Of a DNA stretch of 64,000 bases, positions 12,260-22,700 are shown piece by piece. Position numbers and translations under genes: made by a program. Source of the DNA: Centroscyllium fabricii (taxonomy: Eukaryota); NCBI GenBank assembly GCA_051313645.2, contig JBNRSN020000001.1, positions 527,620,001 through 527,684,000 of the forward strand, read 5' to 3'. Within the stretch, counting starts at the first letter, position 1; each line of letters opens with the position of its first letter. The notes under the pieces were generated by a model. The model was not told the origin of the DNA, did not search any database, and saw only the letters and a list, made by a program, of their open reading frames with translations.

Positions 12260-12730
12260 AGTTTCAGGAGTTTTACAGCCAGAGAATTCAGCTACAGGCT
12301 GCCGAGATCGCGATTTGTACTGGTCAGTTTCAGCCGTTTTAGATCCAGAGAGTTCAGTTACAGGCTGCCGAGATCGCGATTTAAACTGGTCAATTTCAGC
12401 AGGTTTGCAGCCAGAGAGTTCAGTTACAGGCTGCCGAGATCGCGATTTGTGCTGGTCAGTTTCAGTAGGTTTGCAGGTAGGGAGTTCAGTTACAGGCTGC
12501 CGAGATCGCGATTTGTGCTGGTCAGTTTCAGTAGGTTTGCAGGCAGGGAGTTCAGTTACAGGCTGCCGAGATCGCGATTTGTGCTGGTCAGTTTCAGTAG
12601 GTTTGCAGGCAGGGAGTTTAGTTACAGGCTGCCGAGATCGCGATTTGTGCTGATCAGTTTCAGTAGGTTTACAGGCAGGAAGTTCAGTTACAGGCTGCCG
12701 AGATCGCAATTTGTACTGGTCAATTTCAGC
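12260..12730. repeat. 66-bp tandem array (~7 copies) inside element C
   Basis: Unit AGTTCAGTTACAGGCTGCCGAGATCGCGATTTGTGCTGG... starts at 12285, 12351, 12417, 12483, 12549, 12615, 12681. Confidence 0.95.
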
Positions 12731-13701
12731 CGATTTATAGTTCGAGGGTTCAGAACTAGCAGCCTCCCGCTGTGGAAGCGCGGTGCCCGCAATCCGGGCG
12801 CAGCCGGCCGCGTAGGAGGGTCGCGCCTGGCTGGTCGCCGCTGCCTCGGGGGGGGCGCTTGGCGTTGTAATAAAAAACTGCTAACGCAGCCTACCTGGTT
12901 ATCTTGCGAGTTCTCACAGGCGCTATTGTAGCGTTTTGGTGTAGCCGCCGCTTGGGTTGCTCTGCAGACTTTGGCGAAGTGTCCCTTCTTAGAGCATTTG
13001 TCACAGGTAGCTGTTTTGGCTGGGCACTTTGCCCTGGGGTGCAAGCCTTTTCCGCAAAAATAGCAATGTTTATACTTCGTGGCCGCCGCGGTCATGGTGG
13101 GGCTCGCAATCGGTTGCGCTGGTTGATTCGTGGCCCAAATGTTGTAAGGTTGGTGGTTGGTGCTGCCGTACGCCTGAGATTTGTTGCGGGCCCCTTCCAC
13201 CGATCTAGCTAAAACGGTTGCCTCTTCAAAGGTTAACGCTTGCTGTTCCAGTAGCCTCTGCCGTGCATCTGCACATCTTAGTCCAGTGACATAGGCGTCC
13301 CGGAGGAGGAGATTTTCCTCCTGGAGCAAGGTCGTTTGACCCGTACAGCCACAGGCCTTTATCATGCCCCGGAGCGCTTGCTCAAAATCTTCGTTTGACT
13401 CACCGGGAAGTTGCGATCGGGTCGCTAGTAGGTGGCGGGCGTAGACCTTGTGCATCGGGCGTTCGTAGTACCTTTTGAGAGTTGCCACTATGTCCACGTA
13501 TGTTGTCTGGTCCTCTATGAGTGAGTAAACTCTGCTTGAGACCCTTGATAGCAGCACTTGCATTTTTTGCGCATCCGTTTCGGCCTTGCCCGTTACCATA
13601 TAAGCTTCTAGCACTTTGAGCCAGAGCTTGAAGGTGAGCGGTCCTACTGGATCCTGGGGACTAATGTCGAGTTCCCGAGGTCTTGCTGTGTTGCTCTCCA
13701 T
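12688..13701 (-). CDS. gag: Element C Gag
   Basis: YARHLLATRSQLPGE, RDAYVTGL, CYFCGK...CDKCSKKGHFAKVC knuckles. Confidence 0.9.
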   Translation of the reverse strand: MESNTARPRELDISPQDPVGPLTFKLWLKVLEAYMVTGKAETDAQKMQVLLSRVSSRVYSLIEDQTTYVDIVATLKRYYERPMHKVYARHLLATRSQLPGESNEDFEQALRGMIKACGCTGQTTLLQEENLLLRDAYVTGLRCADARQRLLEQQALTFEEATVLARSVEGARNKSQAYGSTNHQPYNIWATNQPAQPIASPTMTAAATKYKHCYFCGKGLHPRAKCPAKTATCDKCSKKGHFAKVCRATQAAATPKRYNSACENSQDNQVGCVSSFLLQRQAPPPRQRRPARRDPPTRPAAPGLRAPRFHSGRLLVLNPRTINRLKLTSTNCDLGSL

Positions 13702-13980
13702 TATAAAATTATTAATTAAAATTGAAGCGTGGTCGCTGGCTTAATTAAAGACGACTAGTAGATACCGTTAATACTAGGCTTTTAATTAATAAAGAATGAA
13801 GCAGTAGGTTTCGTACAGTAATGGACTGAGGCAAGTTCAGACCTCACCTTTATAGTGCTCCACCTGGAGGGAGGAGTCGGAGGTGTGGCTGACCTGGCCC
13901 CAGCAACATATCAACACACAGGTATTACAACAATGGGAACCCATATAAGGATTACCCCAAATAAGGGTTACCACAGCCAC

Positions 13981-15252
13981 CGACCGTTGGTCGGTGAGCA
14001 GGGTAAAACGCTTACCGGCCAGGTAATGTCGCCAGTAGCGCACGGCCTCCACGATGGCCTGGGCCTCCTTTTCCACTGCTGAGTGGCGAATTTCGGGTCC
14101 CTGTAAGGTGCGGGAGAAAAATGCTACGGGCCTGCCTGCCTGATTCAGGGTGGCAGCAAGGGCAAAGTCCGAAGCGTCGCTCTCCACCTGGAAAGGGATG
14201 GATTCATCAACAGCGAGCATGGTCGCCTTGATAATATCTTCCTTTATCCTTGCGAATGCCGTTTGGGCTTCCACAGAAAGGGGGAAGACGGCAGCCTTGA
14301 GGAGTGGTCTAGCCTTATCTGCGAACTGTGGGACCCATTGTGCATAATAGGAGAAAAATCCTAGACATCTCCTCAAGGCTTTGGGGTTGTGAGGTAGGGG
14401 CAGTTCTTGCAAGGGTCGCATACGCTGTGGGTCGGGGCCGAGGACCCCGTTCTCCACCACGTATCCGAGGATGGCGAGCCGGGCTGTATTAAAGACACAT
14501 TTGTCTTTGTTATACGTGAGGTCTAGCTTAGCCGCCGTGGTGAGAAATTTGGCCAGATTGGCATTGTGGTCCTGCTGGTCGTGGCCGCAGATGGTCACGT
14601 TGTCCAGGTAATGGAAGGTGGCCTGCAAGTCATTTTGGTCGACCATACGGTCCATCTCCCGTTGGAACACTGACACTCCGTTGGTCACGCCAAAGGGGAC
14701 CCGGAGGAAGTGGTAGAGCCGACCGTTCACCTCGAAGGCGGTGTAGGGGCGGTCGGCTTTCCGAATCGGGAGCTGGTGATACGCCAATTTAAGGTCGATC
14801 GTAGAGAACACCTTGTACTGCGCGATCTGGTTGACCATTTCTGAGATGCGGGGAAGGGGGTAGGCGTCGAGCCCGGTGCAGCGGTTGATAGTCTGGCTGT
14901 AATCGATAACCAGCCGCTGTTTTTCACCAGACTTCACCACTACAACTTGGGCACGCCAGGGGCTGGTGCTGGCTTCGATAATCCCCTCCTTCAGCATCCG
15001 CCCAACCTCCGACCTGATGAACGTGCGATCCCCCTCACTGTACCGCCGACGCTTAGTGGCAATGGGTTTGCACTTTGGATCGAGGTTGGCGAACAGCGAG
15101 GGGGGGTCGATTTTCAGGGTGGAGAGGCCGCAGGCCGGGGTCTGCTTTGGGGGGAGATACTGAGGGTGAGGGGGGGTAAGGTCCCGCCGAACTCCATTGT
15201 CACACTCCTGAAGTGGCACTTGAAATCCAAACCTAGTAAGGCTGGGGCACAC
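13981..15252 (-). pseudogene. pol: Element B RT and RNase H
   Basis: SPWRAQVVVV, IDYSQTINR, YLDN, SDASD; interrupted by C at TDQRSVA. Confidence 0.92.
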
Positions 15253-16898
15253 AACTGTTGGAGGGTATACAATTTAAAATTACGGTACACGTGCCCCTGG
15301 ACGGTGAGCGTGACGGAGCAGTAGCCGGTGACGTCCGCGGTGTGGGACTGCGAAGCTAGTGAGATTTGATAGTTGGTGGGCAGGACCTGCAGTCCGCAGC
15401 GCCGCACTGTATCGGGGTGCATAAAACTCTCAGTGCTGCCTGTGTCGAAAAGGCAGTCGACAGTATGATTATTAACGCCAATCAGTATTATTGAGTTAGA
15501 CAGGTGGTGGGGCCTGCCTTGACTAACTCTGGTTCTGGCTGCAGCAGCCCCTGCTGATAGGGACTGTGCACAAGATGGCGCCGCCCCTGGCTCGCACATG
15601 GAGGGGCCCTGAATGCAAGATGGCGTCGCCCCTGGCCCGCAGCTGGTGGGACCCCGTATACAAGATGACGCCGTCCCTGGCTCGCACATGGAGGGGCCCT
15701 GGAAACAAGATGGCGTCGCCCCTGGCCCGCAGCTGATGGGGCCCCGTATACAAGATGGCGCCGTCCCTGGCTCGCACATGGAGGGGCCCTGGAGACAAGA
15801 TGGCGTTTCTGAGGGGCCCTGTGAACGCGCTGGTGGCGCCCGTGATTCGCACGCAGCGAACCGCGGTGAACGCGCTGGCGGCACCCGTGATTCGCACGCA
15901 GCGAACCGCGGTGATCGGGTTGGCGGTGCCCGTGGTTCGCACGCAGCCGGCCGCGTTGGAGGGTCGCGCTTGGCCGGTCGCCGCTGCATCGGGGTGGGGG
16001 ATGGGGGCGCTTGTCGTTTACCCCCGTACCGTCGCTGAATCGCGCTGCTAATGCAGCTTACCTGGTCTCTGTCGGTGCTCTCACAGGCTGCACTGTTGTA
16101 CCTTTTATTAAACGCTGCTGGAGACGCTGCTGGAGCTGATTTGCAGACCTTAGCGTAGTGTCCCTTCTTTGCGCATTTCTCGCAGGTCGCTGTCCTGGCT
16201 GGGCATTTCGCTCTAGGATGCAGTCCCTGGCCACAGAAGTAACAGCGCTTCCTTTTAACATCTTCAGTGGCCGTCGCGGCCATCGTGGGGGTCTTGGCCC
16301 GTGGCGCCCAGGCCTGGGCCTGTTGTGGGGCGGCCCATATGTTGTAGGCTTGCGGGTTGGTGCCGCTGTACGCCTGTAACTTTTTGCGGGCCCCCTCAAC
16401 CGATTTGGCTAACGTGGTTGCCTCATCGAGGGTTAGATTGTCTCTTTCTAGTAGCCGCTGGCGGGCTTCCACACACCTTAGTCCTGTTACATAAGCGTCC
16501 CAAACGAGGAGTTCTTCCTCCTCTGCTATAGTTGTGCCTTTGCAGCCATAGGCCCGTACCAGGGCTAGGAGTGCTTGCTCAAACTCTTCATTCGACTCAC
16601 CCGGTAGTTGAGGTCTAGTCGCTAGCACATGTCGGGCGTAGACCGAATGGACCGGGCGCACGTAGCATTTCTTTAAAATCTTAACGGTCGCTTCGTAGGT
16701 TGTGGCGTTCCTGACGAGGGTGAATACTCTGCTGGAGATCCTAGATCGCAGGACATGTAGCATGTCCTTGTCTGCTGTAGCCTCGGCGGCTTCCATGTAG
16801 GCCTCCAGTAGGCCGAACCAGTGTTCGAAGGTAGTGGGAGCAGCAGGGTCCTGGGGGCTGATGTCCAGCTTCTCAGGCTTAACGTTGTAGCTATCCAT
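15114..16898 (-). CDS. gag: Element B Gag-protease single ORF with repeat linker
   Basis: Gag motifs, two Cys/His knuckles, Pro/Cys repeat linker, CLFDTGS; frameshift before RT. Confidence 0.9.
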   Translation of the reverse strand: MDSYNVKPEKLDISPQDPAAPTTFEHWFGLLEAYMEAAEATADKDMLHVLRSRISSRVFTLVRNATTYEATVKILKKCYVRPVHSVYARHVLATRPQLPGESNEEFEQALLALVRAYGCKGTTIAEEEELLVWDAYVTGLRCVEARQRLLERDNLTLDEATTLAKSVEGARKKLQAYSGTNPQAYNIWAAPQQAQAWAPRAKTPTMAATATEDVKRKRCYFCGQGLHPRAKCPARTATCEKCAKKGHYAKVCKSAPAASPAAFNKRYNSAACESTDRDQVSCISSAIQRRYGGKRQAPPSPTPMQRRPAKRDPPTRPAACEPRAPPTRSPRFAACESRVPPARSPRFAACESRAPPARSQGPSETPSCLQGPSMCEPGTAPSCIRGPISCGPGATPSCFQGPSMCEPGTASSCIRGPTSCGPGATPSCIQGPSMCEPGAAPSCAQSLSAGAAAARTRVSQGRPHHLSNSIILIGVNNHTVDCLFDTGSTESFMHPDTVRRCGLQVLPTNYQISLASQSHTADVTGYCSVTLTVQGHVYRNFKLYTLQQLCAPALLGLDFKCHFRSVTMEFGGTLPPLTLSISPQSRPRPAASPP

Positions 16899-17364
16899 TT
16901 TAAATAATTTAGTAATTAAAATTGACGTATCGTCAAGGTCTTCAATTAAAAGAGTCGACGGGTAGTTACCGAAACTAAAGGCTTTTAATTACTAAAGAAT
17001 GGAGCTACTCTCCTTACGAACTACTATACAGGAATGGATGGAACCTCGGTCAGACCACACCTATATCGGGGCCTCACCTGGGGGAGGAGTCGGAGGTGTG
17101 GCTGACCTGGTTCCCAGCAGTGTCATAGTCAACAGGGCTGTGCCTAACATCTGCACAGCCCATCATTAGCAATGGTGATACAGTGGTAATATAGCTGTAA
17201 GACGGTTACCACAGTAATTAAGTTACTTTCCTATGTAAATGTGTACGTAAAATGTTATAGAGAGTAGAACGGTGTCGAAAATTGCTGTAAGAGACTAACT
17301 AGCACTGAACAATGTATGTAACAATAGTTAACTGTTGTACCCCCTTGTGTACTTATCATCGTAC

Positions 17365-19375
17365 TGTAACGGTACGCCGGCTGGCGAATCCGCCTCGGGA
17401 GTACTGCGCTGCATAGCCCCGCCCACCGGGTGACACGATGACGTCACCACATCTCTCGGCGTGATGAGTTCAGCGGCGAGCGGGCAGTTTAAAAGAGCCC
17501 GCTCCTCGTGGCTCAGTCTTTCTCATGTAGTACCATTGATTAAACAAGTGTTAACTGTTTCTCCGGCTCCTGTGTGGTTCTTGGGTCCTGTAAGCGCTAC
17601 AGTGGTGACCCCGACTTAGAACGTCTTCCAAGGAGAAAACAGCAGCTCAAAAGGACTTAAAGCCAAGCAGCCGCAGGACACTTTTAAGCAACAATGGCTT
17701 CCAGAAACCAAGCTTCTCGTCAACAAGGACTTGGCCAGAACCCCGGGCACAGACTAACTTTACTGGAGTTCTGGGAGCAACGCCCGGCAGCGTGGTTTAT
17801 GTGCATAGAGACCAGCTGCCGCACTCATGGCATCCAGGGGGACGATCGCTACGACCTGGTCTTCTAGGCCCTATCGCAATCGACGATCGATCGGATGTGG
17901 TCGAAGCTACAGAGCGTGCCCGCAGCAGGCAGGTATGATTTCATCAAGGCCGCGCTACTAAAAAATTTCACCCCCACCCAGTTCGAGCGCGACTGCCAAC
18001 TCCTCAACCTCCCCGAACTCGGGGACGCAGACCCATCCGACCTTTGGGGCCAGATGCAAGCGCTCACCGCCGATCCCGCCTCCCTGTTCAGCACCATTTT
18101 CCTCCTTAAGCTGCCCCCCTCCATCAGACCGGCCCTGGCGGCCTTCAGCAACCGGAGCGGGGACGAGCTAGCCGAGGAAGCCGACAGGCTTATGGCGGCC
18201 GAGCGCACCTGCTCCGCCACGTGCGACCTCACTGCCGCGGCAGTCGAGCCCACCCACTCGCCCCCCAGGTCCAACCCAACGCCTGAACCCAGGCCCCGCG
18301 CCCTCCCAAGCAACCGCGTGCCGCAAGCACCGGTTGGTGCTACTACCACGCGCGATTCGGCACCAAAGCGCACCGCTGCGTCCTGCCCTGCACGTTCAAG
18401 CCACAGCCCGGCCCAGCCCCCACCATGTCCGTAGGCCACACCGGAGCCCTGCTCTACGTCACGGACAGCGGCACAGGTCGCCGGTTCCTCTGCGACACAG
18501 GCGCACAGCACAGCATCGTGCCAGCCTCCCCCGCAGAAGCCAAAAAAGGCACCCGGGGCCCGCCCCTCGCGGCTGCCAACGGCTCGGACATTAAAAAGTA
18601 CGGGACCCGCAAGTTAGCAATCCAGCTTGCCGGCCACACGTACGAATGGGAGTTCGTCATGGCCCAGGTCACATCACCCCTCCTCGGGGCAGATTTCCTG
18701 TGCACCCACGGCCTCCTGGTCGACATGACCCGGCACCGCCTGGTCGACATTAAAAATATGTCGCCCATCCCATGCTCCACGGGGCCGGCACTCCTGGCCC
18801 ACGCGGCGGCACGATGCCGCACCCGGAACTCAGACGCGTACAGCTCGCTCCTCTCTGAGTTCCCAGCACTGACCAACCCCACCTTCACCGCCCGCACGGC
18901 TGGGCAACCGAACAGAAACGGTATCGATCGACCGGCTGAAACCGGCACACGTAATAGCGGGCGACGCGACAGTCCCCGCCCAACCACCTCAACGCGGATG
19001 CAATCCCACACCAACACCCGCCCACACTCCACCGCAGCACCAGGAGCAACACACGACACGTGCCGGCCGCATCTTACGGCCACCACGACGCCTCGTATAG
19101 ACTCTTTTCCTCTCGGACAGATTCTGGGGGGAGCTGTGTAGCGGTACGCCGGCTGGCGAATCCGCCTCGGGAGTACTGCGGGGCATAGCCCCGCCCACCG
19201 GGTGACGCGATGATGTCACCACATCTCTCGGCGTGATGAGGTCAGCGGCGAGCGGGCAGTTTAAAAGAGCCCGCTCCTCGTGGCTCAGTCTCTTTCTCAT
19301 GTAGTACCATTGATTAAACAAGTGTTAACTGTTTCTCCGGCTCCTGTGTGGTTCTTGGATCCTGTAAGCGCTACA
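17365..19375 (+). mobile_element. Gypsy element G, non-autonomous gag-protease element with tRNA-Trp PBS (CsRN1-like)
   Basis: LTRs 17365-17601 and 19137-19375; PBS TGGTGACCCCGAC 17603-17615; PPT before 19137; TSD GTAC. Confidence 0.92.
17694..19141 (+). pseudogene. Element G gag and protease
   Basis: EFWEQRPAAWF, LGDADPSDL, IFLLKLPPSIR; protease FLCDTGAQHS...LLGADFL; no RT or integrase. Confidence 0.8.
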
Positions 19376-19654
19376 GTACCTGTACGATTGAATTAAGAAG
19401 GGAGGAATGTTGTGTATGTGCCTTTAAACTATATGCTGGGCACTACTTTATGTGGTGCCGTAATACTGCAGTACTTAGGCCAACCACTAGAGTATATAAG
19501 TTCGTACATGGAGCGATATGCTCAGAAGAGGAGTAGTCGTCGGTTGGTTGTAAGTCTCAGTCAGTTCCATACTCTGTAGTTGATGAATAAACACCTATTT
19601 GTTTTACACCCTGGAGTCGAGTCCGTTGTTAGATGAGACGCACAGCACACATAG

Positions 19655-20058
19655 AAGAAATATATCTAACTCCTTCTTGAATATATTTAATGAATTGGCC
19701 TCCACCGCCCTCTGTGGTAGAGAATTCCACAGGTTCACCACTCTCTGGGTGAAGAAATTCCTCCTCATCTCAGTCCTAAATGGCTTACCCCTTATCTTTA
19801 GACTGTGACCCCTGGTTCTGGACTCCCGACCATTAGGAACATCCTTCCTGCATCCAGTCTGTCTAGTCCTTTTAGAATTTTAGAAGTTTCAATGAGATCC
19901 CCTCTCATTCTTCTAAACTCCAGTGAGTATAAGCCCAATCGACCCAATCTCTCTTCATATGTCATTCCTGCCATCCCAGGTATCAGTCTGGTGAATCTTC
20001 GCTACACTCCCTCCATGGCAAGAACATCCTTCCTCAGATAAGGCGACCAAAACTGGCT
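19655..20058 (-). mobile_element. CR1-clade LINE 3' fragment
   Basis: Encodes LGLYSLEFRRMRGDLIET...FFTQRVVNLWNSLP-like C-terminus. Confidence 0.8.
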
Positions 20059-20985
20059 GGGCAATCATCCTTCAAAAACTAATGTGTACGGACTGGCAGA
20101 GATCGATTAACTTAATTGTCCTCAATATTAACAACCCCACGATGGGTCGGAGAGGGTCAGCGGTTGGGTTAAAATGTGAAAAGCGCAGAACACAACCCCA
20201 ACACGCTGCTCATGCGCGCGCCGCCATTTTCACGGCGGCAGATATCGGGACGTCCAGGTGTCCCGTCGTGGAGAGGTGGGAAGCTTAGTTAGCATATTTA
20301 AATTGGGCTCCCACAGTGCAGTTGGGAGCTTGATTTGAAATTTACTGTGGCTGCAGGGGTTTCCCAGGGGTTGGAAAACTCGACAGTGAAAGGGAGGTGG
20401 GGGCTGCAGGCTCCACAGGTTAAGTGATTGTTTCCGCACTCCTTGGGGGCCAGGAGTTGCAGGTATTGTCCCACCAGGCCCCTCAAGGAAGACTTTGGCC
20501 TCTCTCTAGCCATTCTGAAAGCAGGCTTCTCCCCCAGCCCCAATCGCTAGCCTCCCACCGCCCTCCCCACCCCACCCCAGCCCTAATCTCCAGCCGTGCT
20601 CCAGCCCTCCCAATAGCAGGCCTCTCCTCCAGCCCCAATTACTAGCCTCCCACCTCCCCCCTCCGCCCCCCACACAGCTCCAGTCTCCAGCCTTCCCTCG
20701 GCCCTCGCGATAGCAGGCCTGCCCCCTGCCAGCCTTGATTGCCTCCTTCCCCCACACTGCCCCTGCTCCCAATTGCAGAGGACCATCCCCAAGGATCCCC
20801 GGCTGCATCCTCCTGTCACTGGTGTTCCCTCCCATCCGCCAATAGACCGGATGCTGGCCGGGAAACGGAGCTACAAGATGTTAACGCGGTCTTGCCGTTA
20901 AGATCAGCAGGACCTCTGCATCTCCGGCTTGCCAAGCTCTTCGACCATTTTCAGCCTCCCTGTAAATATTGGGCGGATTATCCCT
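20059..20985. mobile_element. Probable Harbinger-type MITE with C-rich internal tandem repeats
   Basis: GGGCAATCATCC...GGATTATCCC ends; C-rich repeats at 20520-20770. Confidence 0.4.
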
Positions 20986-21241
20986 AAAGGTTGACCCATC
21001 AGGAGATGTGCTTGAGAGGGTGTCCCAGAAATTCAGGTATGCCCAATTCTGGGCATGTGGGGGGGGGAGGCGGGGTGCAGGGAACTTTCCCTCAGCCTGA
21101 ATGGTGAAGCCCAAGATCCCCAGATTTTGGCCTCAGGCTTCACTATAATGGAGACTTTAGCTGACCTTGTGATATTTACCACCTTTTGGAGTGTACACAA
21201 GAATGTAGTGGGCCTCCCACATGCTTGTGAATCGTAATTTT

Positions 21242-21996
21242 GGCCCAGAAATTGGGATCGCCCCGGGTGAGCGCGCGCTGGGTACTCACCCGCAGGCCCA
21301 TCCGAAGTGCTGGTTTCGTGCATGTACAGCGCATGCGCGCGAAACTGGCACTTCCAATCCCCTGAAAGAAGGGGTCAGGGGTCGGAACACGTGCGCGGCA
21401 GCGCGTGCGCAATGCACTTACGATTTTTTTTACAGGTTTTTATCTGGGTAAGGAAAAAGTTACGTCTCCTATTTTGAAGCGCAAAGACCCCTTTTCAGAA
21501 GGTAAGCGGAGAATTAATTCAATTAAAAAAGAAAATTCCACAGGTTTTTCATTTTAAAATACTTTAAAGAAAGGTAAGTTGATTTTTAGCCCCGTTAAAT
21601 ACTTTAATTATTTTTTTCAAAATTTTTAATTTTTGTTTAAAATAGCTAATTTATGTAATTGATAGTTATTTAAAAAAATGTGATGTTTTTTTTAAATTTA
21701 TTTGAAGATTTAGTGAGGTTTTAGGGCTGTAGTAATTCATAAGTTTGACAGCTCTTCCTGTCAAACTTATGAATGGAGCATTCTGTGCTCCGATTGGCTC
21801 TCCGTGGCCCACGTGATCCCACGCGATCCCTCGCACTATCTTCGCCGCTGGGATTCGGGAGCGCCGCGCGCCGGCAGTTCAGGAAGGCCCCGCATCGGGA
21901 TTCCATGCGGGGGCACTGCTGAACGGCCGGCGCGCTAGGTAAGTGTAGGTTGGAGGCTTCCACTCGCGGGAAGCCTCCGACCCGAATTTCTGGGCC
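21242..21996. mobile_element. Harbinger-type MITE (family shared with 32707 and 37522)
   Basis: GGCCCAGAAATT...AATTTCTGGGCC TIRs; colinear with 37522-38260. Confidence 0.82.
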
Positions 21997-22135
21997 GTTA
22001 TATTTAGAGAATAGTTATTAGTCCTGTGTGCAGGTTTCAGTTTATGGGGGACTAGATGTGCTATTGGAACCCTCTGGCTGAAAATTCACAACCCTTTGTC
22101 CGGGATAGTGATATGCTGGGTGATTGTCTTACATC

Positions 22136-22550
22136 GGGCGGCACGGTGGCACAGTGGTTAGCACTGCTGTCTCACAGCACTGGAGACCCGGGTTCAAATC
22201 CAGCCTCGGGTGACTATCTGTGTGGAGTTTGCACGTTCTCCCCGTGTCTGCGTGGGTTTCCTCCGGGTGCTCCGGTTTCCTCCCACAGTCCAAAGATGTG
22301 CAGGTTAGGTTGATTGGCCAGGATAAATTGACCCTTAGTGTTAGGGGGATTGAATATGTGGGGTTGCGGGGATAGGGTGGGATGTGTGTTGATGCAGGCT
22401 CGATAGGGATCGAGCGATCTGGGGAGAGGGCAGGGACGGGGTACTGGGTTTGGATGATCAGCCATGATCTCATTGAATGGCGGAGCAGGCTCGAAGGGCC
22501 GAATGGCCTACTCCTGCTCCTAGTTTCTATGTTTCTATGTTTCTATGTTT
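22136..22550 (+). mobile_element. V-SINE (HE1-like), full length
   Basis: tRNA-like head, V domain, CR1-type tail (TTTCTATG)n. Confidence 0.88.
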
Positions 22551-22700
22551 ATCAGGGATCCCAGAGGGCCTGGTGAAGAGTAGAACTTCCGGCTGCTCAA
22601 ACAAGTCCAGCGACACTGGAGTAGGTGGGACAGGGATTTCCAGGGCTGAGTGCAAAATCAATGGTCAGTATGCAAAGTCAACACCAGGCCTCCAGCCATC

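Larger units (their letters stand above)
8800..13975 (-). mobile_element. Gypsy element C (same lineage, different LTR) nested in B pol
   Basis: 253-bp LTRs 8800-9052 and 13723-13975, identical by eye; TSD GCCAC. Confidence 0.95.
7184..17213 (-). mobile_element. Gypsy element B (PBS-less lineage), inserted in A and interrupted by C
   Basis: 291-bp LTRs 7184-7474 and 16923-17213 (TG...CA); TSD GTAAT; PPT AAGAAGGGGTGAA. Confidence 0.95.
3370..19650 (+). mobile_element. Gypsy element A, non-autonomous (gag, protease, coiled-coil ORF), carrying nested insertions
   Basis: LTRs 3370-3620 and 19408-~19650 (3' copy clipped); PBS TGGCGACGAGG 3622-3632 (tRNA-Ser type); PPT AAGAAGGGAGGAA 19395-19407. 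Confidence 0.88.

Noticed and set aside
12260-12730. CRISPR-like periodic repeat
   Set aside because: Head-to-tail 66-bp units with no unique spacers, inside a eukaryotic retrotransposon, no cas genes
22136-22210. tRNA genes at SINE heads
   Set aside because: A/B boxes run directly into the V-SINE core; not standalone tRNAs
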